A stretch of DNA of 40,973 nucleotides, taken from UHGV virus genome UHGV-0256613, one strand, 5' to 3'. Numbering within the stretch: the first letter of the stretch is position 1; every line of letters begins with the position of its first letter. The notes under the pieces were generated by a model that made no database searches, had not been told where the DNA came from, and saw only the letters and a list, made by a program, of their open reading frames with translations. This DNA is from a virus. Positions 1-8,901 of this stretch are shown in pieces. The position numbers and the translations under genes are program-made.

Positions 1-157
1 CTGAGGGTGAAATAATCCCGTTCAGCGGTGTCTGCCAGTCGGGGGCTGGTTGCATTATCCACGCCGGAGGCGGTGGTGGCTTCACGCACTGACTGACAGA
101 CTGCTTTGATGTGCAACCGACGACGACCAGCGGCAACATCAGCGCGCAGAGTTTCAT
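1..157 (-). CDS. Rz1: o-spanin Rz1, embedded in +1 frame inside Rz (truncated)
   Basis: ATG at 157 inside Rz gives [42 protein letters not shown]: lipobox (VVGC) and proline-rich stretch typical of Rz1; no stop before window edge. Confidence 0.7.
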   Translation of the reverse strand, partial: MKLCALMLPLVVVGCTSKQSVSQCVKPPPPPAWIMQPAPDWQTPLNGIISPS

Positions 158-392
158 TTTCAGCTTTCGCATTGGCTAATTCTCTCGAGTACTTTGCATC
201 GAGTGCAGCAACATCACGCTGACGCTGCTGCATGTCAGCGATGGTGGCGATCGACTGCTTCAGCTCACTGACTTTTTTATCACGCTGTTCTTTGTAGGCG
301 ATGGCGTTATCACGGTAATGATTGACCGCCCACGACAGGCAGACGATGATGCAGATAACCAAAGCATAAATAATCGCGGCGACTCTGCTCAC
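1..392 (-). CDS. Rz: i-spanin Rz (3' end truncated at window edge)
   Basis: Minus-strand translation from GTG at 392 reads [39 protein letters not shown]...[21 protein letters not shown], the N-terminal TM plus coiled-coil pattern of lambda Rz; start overlaps the endolysin stop; ORF runs off the window start. Confidence 0.85.
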   Translation of the reverse strand, partial: MSRVAAIIYALVICIIVCLSWAVNHYRDNAIAYKEQRDKKVSELKQSIATIADMQQRQRDVAALDAKYSRELANAKAENETLRADVAAGRRRLHIKAVCQSVREATTASGVDNATSPRLADTAERDYFTL

Positions 393-922
393 TGCTCTAT
401 CCCCCAACAGGCTAATGCGCTTTCCTGGTCACGACGAATAACCTGTCCATAGCAGTTATTTGAACGTATGCGGCAATCGCGCCCACCATCTTTTATCCAC
501 CAGCGAATCGCCTCGCATGCCCCCTTACGATCACCGGCATTCAGCCGCTTATAAAACGTCGACGGGAAACACTTACCGGGGCCAATGTTATAGGGACAAA
601 ATGACGCTATACCCGCTTTCTGTGGTTCGGTCAGTGGTACTTTAATATTGCGCTCCACCCATGCCAGCGCCTTATCACGTTCAATAGCGTTAACCTGGTC
701 GCATTTTTCCTTCGACAGCTTCATTCCCGGTATGACGGGCTTACCATCCACCATTATGGCACCACGACAGATGGTCCATATACCGGAACCATCGCGGTAT
801 GCCGTAGTGTGGTTACCCTCTTTTTCATCCAGAAACTGGTCAAGGATTTGAGGAGCTGACGCGCCTGCAGCAATCAGCGCCAGAACAGCAGCTGACAGGC
901 CGTATTTGATTTTTGCGCTCAT
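389..922 (-). CDS. R: SAR-endolysin (phage lysozyme, T4-lysozyme-like fold)
   Basis: 177 aa; N-terminal hydrophobic signal-anchor-release segment ([18 protein letters not shown]) then E-x8-D-x5-T catalytic spacing ([16 protein letters not shown]); placed between holin and Rz. Confidence 0.9.
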   Translation of the reverse strand: MSAKIKYGLSAAVLALIAAGASAPQILDQFLDEKEGNHTTAYRDGSGIWTICRGAIMVDGKPVIPGMKLSKEKCDQVNAIERDKALAWVERNIKVPLTEPQKAGIASFCPYNIGPGKCFPSTFYKRLNAGDRKGACEAIRWWIKDGGRDCRIRSNNCYGQVIRRDQESALACWGIEQ

Positions 923-977
923 GGATATTTATCAGGATGCTACCAATGAAAGATACTGGAAAGCCAACTGCAAAAAG

Positions 978-1292
978 CTAACAACCCGTAATCGAGTTAT
1001 CAGAACTGTTAATTTTTATGGTATACCGCGCCTCTGAACAGGGGCGCGTTTCTGGCAACAGCTCGTCCCCTTCACATAACCCGGCAGCAACATCCAGGAA
1101 GACCTGTCTGATGCTCCTTCTGGCTGCTGCCTCATAAAACTCCAGCGCGGCACCTTCAACACGGTCCAGCGAGATGTCCAGGTCAAAAATTTCACCGTCA
1201 AAGCGGTTTTTGTCCCGTAACGCTAAAGTTACCGTAACTTTATTCTCAAAATTGCGGATCCCTTTCACAATCAGTTCATAGTTTTGAGTCAT
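978..1292 (-). CDS. DUF1327 family protein (YdfR-like) within lysis cassette
   Basis: 104 aa MTQNYELIVKGIRNFENKVTVT...; recalled resemblance to Qin-prophage YdfR that sits between holin and lysozyme. Confidence 0.7.
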   Translation of the reverse strand: MTQNYELIVKGIRNFENKVTVTLALRDKNRFDGEIFDLDISLDRVEGAALEFYEAAARRSIRQVFLDVAAGLCEGDELLPETRPCSEARYTIKINSSDNSITGC

Positions 1293-1296
1293 TGAA

Positions 1297-1512
1297 TTAC
1301 TCTCCCCGTGCAGCCTTACGCTTGTCTTCTTTAATCTTGAAATAAAGATTTGTCAGATACGTCAGCAGGCCAAACACCAGACTACCCAGCACACCTATTG
1401 CCGCCCACTGTGAGGGCGTGACTTTATCGAGCAACTGTAAAAACCAGTACCCGGCACTACCTGCTGAGGTGCCATAGGCGACACCCGTTGTTAACTTATC
1501 CATGGATTTCAT
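1297..1512 (-). CDS. S: class II pinholin (S21-like) with dual-start MKSM motif
   Basis: [71 protein letters not shown]; two TM segments, basic C-terminus, Met1/Met4 dual start typical of antiholin/holin pair. The ORF track extends to 1575 via an upstream alternative start. Confidence 0.8.
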
Positions 1513-1579
1513 AACCCCACCTCGCAGATGCGGGTGCTGTGTAATGGAAATAAAAAGGCCACCTGACGTGGCCACCAGA

Positions 1580-2632
1580 TTATTTCCCCACCAGCTCGTT
1601 TATCTCTTTCACTGTCTGGTTAAACCGCTCTGACTCAAGCTCAACACCTAAGGCCCGACGCCCCAGCGCCATTGCTGCTTTTATTGTGGAACCGGATCCC
1701 ATAAAAAAATCAGCAACCAGATCACCAGGTCGACTACTGGCATTGATTATTTGCCTGAGCATATCCGCCGGTTTCTCACACGGATGTTTACCCGGGTAGA
1801 ACTGAACGGGTTTATGCATCCAGACATCGGTATAAGGCACGGAGACTGATACGGAGAAATAGCGCCGGAGAGATTTAAACTCATCCAGCAATTCAGAATA
1901 TTTGCGATTCAGTGAATCATAAGATGCCACCAGCTGGTGGTGTGGTTGTTCCAGTTGTTGTTCCTGAAACTTCTCTGCCGCTATACGGGAAAACAGTGCC
2001 TGTAACTTCCGATAGTCAGCCTCATTCGGCAACTGCCACTGACTGGCACCAAACCAGTGGGAAACCATATTTTTCTTACCTGTGGCTTCGGCAATTTGTT
2101 TTGCCGTTATACCCAGTTCGGCACGAGCATCCCTGAAATACGATATCAGCGGTGCCATTATGTGCTGTTTGAGTTCCCTTTCTTTTGCCGCATAGCCGTC
2201 ACTTTTGCCGCGATATGGCCCCTGGTAATGTTCAGCAAACAGAACGCGCTCTGTGGCAGGAAAATATGCGCGCAGACTTTCTTTATTACACCCATTCCAA
2301 CGTCCGGACGGCTTCGCCCAGATGATATGGTTAAGCACGTTGAAACGTTCACGCATCATGATCTCAATATCAGATGCCAGGCGATGCCCACAGAACAGGT
2401 AAAGGCTTCCGGCAGGTTTTAACACCCGCCAGAACTGGGCCAGACAGTGGTCCAGCCACTTAAGGTAATCTTCGTCCCCTTTCCACTGATTGTCCCAGCC
2501 GTTGGGTTTCACCTTGAAGTACGGCGGATCGGTAACAATCAGGTCAATGGAATCATCAGGCAGGGACTGAATAAAATGCAGGCAATCAGCGTTGATTAAA
2601 TCAACACTGTTTATTTTTACAGTATTTTTCAT
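1580..2632 (-). CDS. DNA methyltransferase (N6-adenine/N4-cytosine type, DPPY motif)
   Basis: 350 aa; motif [11 protein letters not shown] near N-terminus and AdoMet-binding FFMGSGST near C-terminus (beta-class amino-methyltransferase order). Confidence 0.85.
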
Positions 2633-2782
2633 GGATCAGTAAGCGTAACTCTGGTAGGCTCACTCTGCTTTTGCGCTAAAGCAGTGGGCCGTGGTTCGCT
2701 TGTGACCAGTAAGCATGAGCGAATGGCTGGCAGGTGCTACCAACACCCACCAGCCGCCCATTTTCACAGCAGGAAACCGCCA

Positions 2783-3010
2783 TTACTGGCAGCGTCTGAA
2801 TTTATTCCCGTACCCGCCGTTATCCTTCGCCAGACCCGCCAGAACTAACTGAGTCAGTATTAACTGGCACCGGGCTTCGCTTACTCCGGTAGTTCTCGTC
2901 ATCATGCGTGGCGTTACCCACTTGTCAGCAGGTAAGAAATGAAGGACTGCTGCGGCGGTTTCTGTCATATCTTGCTGTTTTAGCATGTCTTTTTCCCTTC
3001 TGGTTAACAT
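2783..3010 (-). CDS. hypothetical small protein
   Basis: 75-aa ORF between Q and the lysis genes; no recognised domain. Confidence 0.4.
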   Translation of the reverse strand: MLTRREKDMLKQQDMTETAAAVLHFLPADKWVTPRMMTRTTGVSEARCQLILTQLVLAGLAKDNGGYGNKFRRCQ

Positions 3011-3107
3011 GACATACCAATAACTCTTGTCTAAAAAGCCAGCAAGATAAAAAGTCAGTATTCACGACCACCAGCGTGTTTACTGTACTGCACCAGGTTT
3101 ACAGGTA

Positions 3108-3131
3108 CAAAAAAACCGCTCAGCGGCGGGT
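3108..3131 (-). terminator. weak intrinsic terminator-like hairpin (candidate late-leader terminator)
   Basis: On minus strand: short GC stem (CCGC/GCGG, 3-nt loop) followed by TTTTTTT; lies downstream of Q and upstream of the lysis genes. Confidence 0.3.
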
Positions 3132-3256
3132 TTAAGTTGTGTGGCGAAGTAACCACTCTTAACAGCATATTTGATTTTTTACGATTGTAAACGGTTGATT
3201 ATTCATCTCCAATAAAAATAATTGTGTGGGTATGCCCTTAACAATGGATAAGAAAC

Positions 3257-3703
3257 ATGAATAAAATGACTGTATTATTACTTAGCGCAACTATCATTTC
3301 AGGTTGTACTTCTTCCGTACCATTGATAAAGAAAACTCAATCAGGAAAACCTGAGGGGGTTTATCAAAATACGACAAAAGATAAAGTCAAAGATGCCCTT
3401 GTGAATTACTGCAATAGTAGAGGGTTGATAATTTACAACGCGGATAACAGCAGTGTTATATGTGGTAAAGAACTGGAAGGCGGGTCTGCTGTTTTTGGAC
3501 AAATGTTAATCGGCAATGCCTATTCAACAACCCCGGTATCAAAAGTCAAATTTACTATCGCTCAAGTTAATAACGATACAAAAGTGTGGGCCGATATGTG
3601 GATGGAAACTCAAATGGCAATGGGGCAAGTACAACAAATGGCTATAACAGACAACGCAAGCAAAAACACTATCCAACAACGTCTTGATGAATTAAAACCT
3701 TAA
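3257..3703 (+). CDS. lipoprotein (moron), unknown function
   Basis: 148 aa; signal peptide with lipobox LLLSATIISGC; AT-rich; opposite strand to all flanking phage genes; followed by a hairpin terminator. Confidence 0.7.
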   Translation: MNKMTVLLLSATIISGCTSSVPLIKKTQSGKPEGVYQNTTKDKVKDALVNYCNSRGLIIYNADNSSVICGKELEGGSAVFGQMLIGNAYSTTPVSKVKFTIAQVNNDTKVWADMWMETQMAMGQVQQMAITDNASKNTIQQRLDELKP

Positions 3704-3723
3704 GTAAATTAATTAAATAAAAT

Positions 3724-3745
3724 GGGGAGAATAAATCGACTCCCC
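3724..3745. terminator. bidirectional intrinsic terminator
   Basis: GGGGAG-aataaatcga-CTCCCC hairpin; T/A-rich flank on the minus strand (attttattt); sits between convergent lipoprotein and Q genes. Confidence 0.5.
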
Positions 3746-3787
3746 ACACATTAAACTGATTCAATTACCCCCTCAATAAGAGGTCTT

Positions 3788-4153
3788 CTAACGATCCATC
3801 TCTAGCTCAATTTCTAACATCATTAACATGCCATCAACTACACCTTCAGCCTTTTGCAATAAACGCCCAACCCAGCAATCAGAACGCCCATGTTTACGGG
3901 CAAGCGCCATAAACGTCATACCACCTACATAATAATCCACTAATAAATCGTGCAAATCGCTGTTGTTCTTTTTCAGGCGAGCCATGCATCCACAAATGAT
4001 CATCGCGTCATCGTCACAACATTGCGGGCGGGATTTTACTTTTGAAGGGATTAGTCCTTTAAATCCTGCAGCAATAGACGACCAAGTGACATCCTCGTGA
4101 TTATTTGCCACCCATGCCCCCCAACGTTCAAGAACCATTTGAATATCACGCAT
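3788..4153 (-). CDS. Q: late-gene antiterminator Q (QuuD / phage-21 Q-like)
   Basis: [33 protein letters not shown]...[18 protein letters not shown] matches recalled QuuD; GGAG SD before ATG at 4153. ORF track extends to 4168 (TTG). Confidence 0.85.
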   Translation of the reverse strand: MRDIQMVLERWGAWVANNHEDVTWSSIAAGFKGLIPSKVKSRPQCCDDDAMIICGCMARLKKNNSDLHDLLVDYYVGGMTFMALARKHGRSDCWVGRLLQKAEGVVDGMLMMLEIELEMDR

Positions 4154-4170
4154 CAACTTTCTCCACAAAA

Positions 4171-5166
4171 TCAGGCCAGCACGCCAATTGCCAGCGCACG
4201 ATCGATAAAACGAAATATCAGCTCCAGCTGGGAGCCATACTTCTCTTCAAATGCCACGGTATCCGCATGCAGCTCGTCGTGATGCTTTCTGCACAAAGGC
4301 AACACAAAAAGGTCATGCGCTTTTGTTCCCATTCCACCCTGACCGTGACCTATCAGGTGGTGGGGATCATCAGCGGGCTTTCCACAACATGCACACGGCT
4401 GTGTCTTAACCCAGCGCGTGTACTTTTCATTAACCCAGCGGCGACGTTTTGGGCGTAACATAAAAGACTCCGGCGACTCCGGATCCACTTTCAGCGCCAG
4501 CACCTTTTTCGCCTTATCCTGGATGATGCTGGTGGCAGGAACCGAAGGCACAAGGTCACTTTCCCGGGTAACAGACGGCACAACAGGCTTCGGTAATCTC
4601 AGTGCCTTACGGGCTGCACTTTCCGGTAAGGCATCCGCCAGATCATTACGAATCAGCCACCAGCACAGTTCCGGCATTGTCACAACGTGACTGTCATCAA
4701 AACCGAGATCCCGACGCACAACAGACAACACCCAGCGGGCACAGTTATCCGTTGCCATTGATTCCAGCCGTTCCGTGAACTGATCGCGCAGCTGGTTATC
4801 GCAGTGCCAGCACAGACGGATTGCACCCGGAGCGTGTCGCATTGTGGTCATGTTCTCGCTGTGCCAGTCGGAATGAGGCCACTGGCAGCCTTTTTCACGA
4901 AGTAACCAGCTTTCAAGACATTCCACGCCACCAGCACGACGGATCACTGCCTCATTGCGGAACACGGCCCGAACGGCAGGATCATCCGCCAGCGGTTGTG
5001 ATGCCGCCGGAACGGCACCACTGGCGAAAGATGAATAACGTTCCGGCTCAGGCTCCAGCAGGACACGCCCCTGCATAAACAGGGGCATCAGCTCTGAACC
5101 TGGCCTGAACAATACGATCCCCATACGCGGGGCAATTTCAGGGGTCAGTAGTGCTCTCACGGTCAC
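4171..5166 (-). CDS. DUF968 domain protein (YdfU-like) with C-terminal HNH-like Cys/His motif
   Basis: 331 aa; C-terminus [21 protein letters not shown]...CRKHHDELH; typical nin-region location next to Q. Confidence 0.75.
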   Translation of the reverse strand: MTVRALLTPEIAPRMGIVLFRPGSELMPLFMQGRVLLEPEPERYSSFASGAVPAASQPLADDPAVRAVFRNEAVIRRAGGVECLESWLLREKGCQWPHSDWHSENMTTMRHAPGAIRLCWHCDNQLRDQFTERLESMATDNCARWVLSVVRRDLGFDDSHVVTMPELCWWLIRNDLADALPESAARKALRLPKPVVPSVTRESDLVPSVPATSIIQDKAKKVLALKVDPESPESFMLRPKRRRWVNEKYTRWVKTQPCACCGKPADDPHHLIGHGQGGMGTKAHDLFVLPLCRKHHDELHADTVAFEEKYGSQLELIFRFIDRALAIGVLA

Positions 5167-5167
5167 C

Positions 5168-5977
5168 TCAATGAACGGTATCGAGCAGCTTTAACAGCTC
5201 AGGGAATCGGGATTCGAAGAAATGCGGCTGCGTCTCGCGCGGATTTGCGGGACTGGTGATGTTCTTGCCGAACATGCAGCCTTTCGCCGTCAGCGACCAG
5301 AATTTTTTGATGTTGTTAATCGCGGTACGGCTGTATCGTTCGCGCTGCTCGACGATCCCCAGCTTCACCATCTGGTGATATGCCTGATTAGCCGTCAGGC
5401 GGATACCATACTGTTTCAGCAGTGCACTCAGTGACAGTGTCGGGCGACTTGAGCCATCGTGTGCATCAGCAGGAGCATCAATGGCATAGCGCGGTGCCAG
5501 ATTCGGTAAGCCAACAGCCTCCTGGAGTTTCTGACAGGCACCAAGCACTGATGAGTTAGACAGGTTTAATTCCCGGCGCATAAAGTCCAGCAGGATCACG
5601 CCAGCCTGCATCTTGTCAGCAGCCTGTCCGGATAATTTTTCCGGTGCGCTGGTTACCATATCGAAAGTACGGATCACCTTCAGATGGAATGACGGGCTGA
5701 TCCACATTGCATAGGCATACACCAGTTCCTTGCAGACATACGTTCCCCGTTCATTTCCCCCATGAATCACACTCACCGGGTCAACACCCAAATTCTGGGT
5801 GTTGGTCAATTCATGAACAAGCTCAACAGTTTGTTGGCTGGAAAGAAACTTTCCTGGCTCCTTGGTTCTGGCATTTGCACCAGATGCTACTGCTGCGCGA
5901 TGCAGATCGTTCAGGCTGTAACGCCCATAAGCATCACGACGAACTTCAATACCATCAATGACCATCAGATTATTCAT
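5168..5977 (-). CDS. KilA-N domain protein
   Basis: MNNLMVIDGIEVRRDAYGRYSLNDLHRA... N-terminal KilA-N-like domain; GGAG SD before ATG at 5977. ORF track extends to 6010. Confidence 0.75.
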   Translation of the reverse strand: MNNLMVIDGIEVRRDAYGRYSLNDLHRAAVASGANARTKEPGKFLSSQQTVELVHELTNTQNLGVDPVSVIHGGNERGTYVCKELVYAYAMWISPSFHLKVIRTFDMVTSAPEKLSGQAADKMQAGVILLDFMRRELNLSNSSVLGACQKLQEAVGLPNLAPRYAIDAPADAHDGSSRPTLSLSALLKQYGIRLTANQAYHQMVKLGIVEQRERYSRTAINNIKKFWSLTAKGCMFGKNITSPANPRETQPHFFESRFPELLKLLDTVH

Positions 5978-5996
5978 ACTTCGTTTCTCCTCTTGA

Positions 5997-6386
5997 TCAG
6001 GCGGCTGCACCCGCCGTTTTCTCGTACTTACTGATGGTGATCTCGACCTTCCCTTTCGGGATAACCGGTCCCCACTCCACCAGCATTCTTTTCACCTGTC
6101 TGTCGTCTTCCCACACACCCGCGTGGGTCAACGCGTCAAACAGCGCCTTGTTATAGTTGTCCAGATCGCGGATCCGGTTATCCGGAGGAAACAACACGAT
6201 CTCCACTGCAGCAGGTGCCGACGTTGGTTTTGGCAGACGACGTAACTGCTCAACTATTGCTGCGCACGCCGCGCTCTGAAATTTTCGCCCCGCCGCGCTT
6301 ATCAGGCTCTTACCAGCAAATGCCCCTTTGTTGGGGTGTCGCCAGTACGTGTTCACGCTGGGCGGGAAAGGCAGGATCAGCTTCAT
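5997..6386 (-). CDS. rusA: Holliday-junction resolvase RusA
   Basis: 129 aa; LPFPPSVNTYWRH...DLDNYNKALFDALTHAGVWEDDRQV matches RusA signature (DLDN acidic catalytic motif). Confidence 0.85.
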   Translation of the reverse strand: MKLILPFPPSVNTYWRHPNKGAFAGKSLISAAGRKFQSAACAAIVEQLRRLPKPTSAPAAVEIVLFPPDNRIRDLDNYNKALFDALTHAGVWEDDRQVKRMLVEWGPVIPKGKVEITISKYEKTAGAAA

Positions 6387-6709
6387 ACTTTCAGGCCTCT
6401 CTCATGTAACCAGTGGGTTGCACGCAGCCTGGCGTTTTCCTCACCGGCAAGCAGTGAGCGGATAATCCCGACCGCCTCGCTGTCGTCGTCCTTCACCGCG
6501 GTATGAAGAGTGATACCCCGGGCCACGCCACGCTTTATCGTGATGACGCCTTTTTTCTCCAGTGCGCGAAGATGTTCCACCGCTGCATTCACTGAACGGT
6601 ATCCCAGCATGGTTGCCACCTCCTGATTGGTTGGCGGGAAGCCACGTTCTTTCTGATAAGAAATCAGCATATCCAGCACCTGCTGCTGGCATTGAGTTAA
6701 CGTCGTCAT
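6383..6709 (-). CDS. LexA-family DNA-binding-domain protein lacking the S24 peptidase domain
   Basis: 108 aa; LTQCQQQVLDMLISYQKERGFPPTNQEVATMLGYRSVNAAVEHLRALEKKGVITIKRGVARGITL parallels the LexA N-terminal winged-helix almost motif for motif; no Ser/Lys protease domain follows. Confidence 0.65.
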   Translation of the reverse strand: MTTLTQCQQQVLDMLISYQKERGFPPTNQEVATMLGYRSVNAAVEHLRALEKKGVITIKRGVARGITLHTAVKDDDSEAVGIIRSLLAGEENARLRATHWLHERGLKV

Positions 6710-7359
6710 GCCGCCATCTCCCTGACCAGTTTTTCCGCCTGCTGGCGAACCTGCGCCAGAAACGCCTCACCACATGCCTCAAGTTCATCGCGCCCGATGT
6801 AGCTGATTGCCGGTCCCTTCCAGGTCTTGTCGAAAACAGCAATAGCACCAGCGAAGAACGCTCCTGTCGGCACCTGCTTCTCATCCTTCGGGATAAACCA
6901 GGCAGGCAGTTCAAAACCAATACGCCCGCGAATAAAAGCAATATGGTCTGCATCTTCCGGCCACCAAACTTCGCTGGTGGCAGCTTTGATCAGGAAAACA
7001 TAGCGCCCGCCCTTATCACGCATGGCACTGGCATGCTTCATGATGTAACGCATGCCGGTGATGTATTGCCCCTCATGCTGACTGGCGCGGCTGTATGGGG
7101 GATTACCAAAGGCAGCACCTTTAAGCTCCGCAAGACGTTCTGACCAGTCATGCGCCAGCGCGTTGTCTTCCGCCGTGTAATACGCAGCACATTTGGCGTT
7201 ATCACCGTCAGTGAACAGATCCAGAACAAACGGGCCAAACAGGGTGTTAATTCCCCAGAAAATGTTGTCCGGCGTGCGCCACTGATCACCTACTTCCTTC
7301 AGTTCATGGGCTGGTTTGTTCCGCAGTTCCACCAGCTCCTGGCAATATTTATTACTCAT
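6706..7359 (-). CDS. phage Dam-family N6-adenine DNA methyltransferase
   Basis: GNPPYS motif IV; ATG at 7359 overlaps the stop of the upstream gene. ORF track extends to 7392. Confidence 0.85.
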   Translation of the reverse strand: MSNKYCQELVELRNKPAHELKEVGDQWRTPDNIFWGINTLFGPFVLDLFTDGDNAKCAAYYTAEDNALAHDWSERLAELKGAAFGNPPYSRASQHEGQYITGMRYIMKHASAMRDKGGRYVFLIKAATSEVWWPEDADHIAFIRGRIGFELPAWFIPKDEKQVPTGAFFAGAIAVFDKTWKGPAISYIGRDELEACGEAFLAQVRQQAEKLVREMAA

Positions 7360-7853
7360 TAAGCCCCCACGTAATTCCCTGAGAGATACCACTCTTCACC
7401 TGATGCAGCCCGCTTACTGCTTTTCCGTAAACACCGTTCACGACGTGCCAGAAAATTGTTTCGTTCTGGCTGGGAGTGGCTTTCACGGAATGCCGCCATC
7501 CACACCGTTGCAGCACGACGGTATAAGCCCCTGGACTCCAGTTCTTCCGCCTGGCGGGTCAGGCACAAAATCACCCGGGGATCGTTAGTGCCGACATAGA
7601 AATTGCGCACAGGTCTGGTTTCACGAACTGGTTGTGGTTCCGGCTCCTGCGCTCTCTCAGTCAGGCGTGGGAAATGTCTGCGTGTATCTCCTTCACAACG
7701 GTGAGCCACACGCCCACTCTGACGTAACTTGCTTGCTGACTGCAGAACGCGCTGCCGTGAGTAACCTGCAAAAGCATCCGCAATGTCTCCGGAAGTACAC
7801 CCCGGATGGGCTTCAATGAATTTCTGAACTTCATTCAAAAGACTCATGATCAC
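7359..7853 (-). CDS. hypothetical regulatory protein (possible PerC-like C-terminal region)
   Basis: 164 aa; helix-rich N-terminus; C-terminal LTRQAEELESRGLYRRAATVWMAAFRESH recalled as PerC-like; low certainty on family. Confidence 0.55.
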   Translation of the reverse strand: MIMSLLNEVQKFIEAHPGCTSGDIADAFAGYSRQRVLQSASKLRQSGRVAHRCEGDTRRHFPRLTERAQEPEPQPVRETRPVRNFYVGTNDPRVILCLTRQAEELESRGLYRRAATVWMAAFRESHSQPERNNFLARRERCLRKSSKRAASGEEWYLSGNYVGA

Positions 7854-8668
7854 CCCCTGAATCCTGCCGGGATCTGGCTGTAGTCCACGTTGTCGTAACT
7901 GGCTTTGAAGTACGGGTCCTCGCGTCTGGCTGCAGATACCGCAGGAACTTCCCAGAATTCTTCGAAATGACGATCCGGACCAAAGAACGTGACAGCCTGT
8001 TTCACAAATTGTGTGCCGCTGTTACCCATCGCAGATACCCAGCCCGCGTAGCGTTTCACACCTTCCAGCATGGTTTCGGGGTTTACTCCCTCATTCAAAC
8101 GGGCTTTCCAGGCTTTGAAGGCTGCAGATTTTGAATTGCCACCAGCACGTTTGGGATATGCCAGCCATGCCTGCTCAAACTCCGGAGAGTATTCCGGTCG
8201 GTTTGAACGAACTCGCACGGACTCATCAACTGATGCACCAACAGCTATTGGTTCATTGACTGGTTCTTTGACTGGTTCAAAAGAGTGACTGGTTCTGGGT
8301 GAATCTCCTGCACTACCCCCTGGTGCAACTCCTGCACTACCTGGTGAATTTGCTGCACCAGATAGTGAATTATTTGCACTACCCCCTAGTGAATCTCCTG
8401 CACCATCCAGATGAAGGAGATAGATATTACTTGAGTTACCTTTTTCACCTTTCCGGGTGACTTTTTTTACCAGCCCGGACTCACAAAGGGCCGCAATATG
8501 ATTCATCACAGAACGTTTGCTAATTTCGCACTGGTCAGCAATATGCTGGTAGCTGGGCCAGCACTCACCCTGATCGCTGGCATTATCAGCCAGCTTGATC
8601 AGAACCAGTTTTCGCAATGGATTACCCACTCGAATTTTCATCGCTTTAACCATCAGCTCCATACTCAT
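7850..8668 (-). CDS. replication initiator (O-like, N-terminal HTH) with iterons inside the coding sequence
   Basis: 272 aa; N-terminal HTH (PSYQHIADQCEISKRSVMNHIAALCESGLVKK); low-complexity Gly/Ser/Ala linker encoded by the tandem repeats; lambda-O-like arrangement. Confidence 0.7.
   Translation of the reverse strand: MSMELMVKAMKIRVGNPLRKLVLIKLADNASDQGECWPSYQHIADQCEISKRSVMNHIAALCESGLVKKVTRKGEKGNSSNIYLLHLDGAGDSLGGSANNSLSGAANSPGSAGVAPGGSAGDSPRTSHSFEPVKEPVNEPIAVGASVDESVRVRSNRPEYSPEFEQAWLAYPKRAGGNSKSAAFKAWKARLNEGVNPETMLEGVKRYAGWVSAMGNSGTQFVKQAVTFFGPDRHFEEFWEVPAVSAARREDPYFKASYDNVDYSQIPAGFRG
8299..8410. repeat. five tandem imperfect 21-24 bp direct repeats (candidate ori iterons) followed by an AT-rich stretch
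   Basis: Units GTGAATCTCCTGCACTACCCCCTG / GTGCAACTCCTGCACTACCTG / GTGAATTTGCTGCACCAGATA / GTGAATTATTTGCACTACCCCCTA / GTGAATCTCCTGCACCATCCAG, inside the replication gene. Confidence 0.55.
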
Positions 8669-8901
8669 GCTGCACCTCCGAGATGCTTCATGTTTTTTCC
8701 GGAGCGAAAGGCTATAAGCGGCATACTGACGCGGTAATTACGGCCCAGCGGTTCACAAATCACCTTCTGGCATTCACGGTCAACCAGGCTAACACGTAGA
8801 ACATGCCCTGCAGGCGTGGTGTACCACTGCCCAACTGTAGGAATTGATGTTTTTTTACGCTGAAGCAAACGGCAAATATTGAGGATCAACGGATTAAGCA
8901 T
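8665..8901 (-). CDS. hypothetical small protein
   Basis: 78-aa ORF overlapping both neighbours by a few nt (coupled arrangement). Confidence 0.4.
   Translation of the reverse strand: MLNPLILNICRLLQRKKTSIPTVGQWYTTPAGHVLRVSLVDRECQKVICEPLGRNYRVSMPLIAFRSGKNMKHLGGAA

Noticed and set aside
460-851. Plus-strand ORFs 460-645 and 648-851
   Set aside because: Antisense to the SAR-endolysin gene; no SD; the endolysin frame is strongly supported.
1912-2422. ORFs 1912-2136 (+), 2057-2422 (+) and 2158-2352 (-)
   Set aside because: Lie within or antisense to the DNA methyltransferase gene, which has clear catalytic motifs.
2640-3256. Toxin or tRNA cargo (as in Stx phages) between Q and the holin
   Set aside because: Inspected for A/B toxin-like secreted ORFs and tRNA T-loop signatures; found only the methyltransferase, a 75-aa ORF and the lipoprotein gene.
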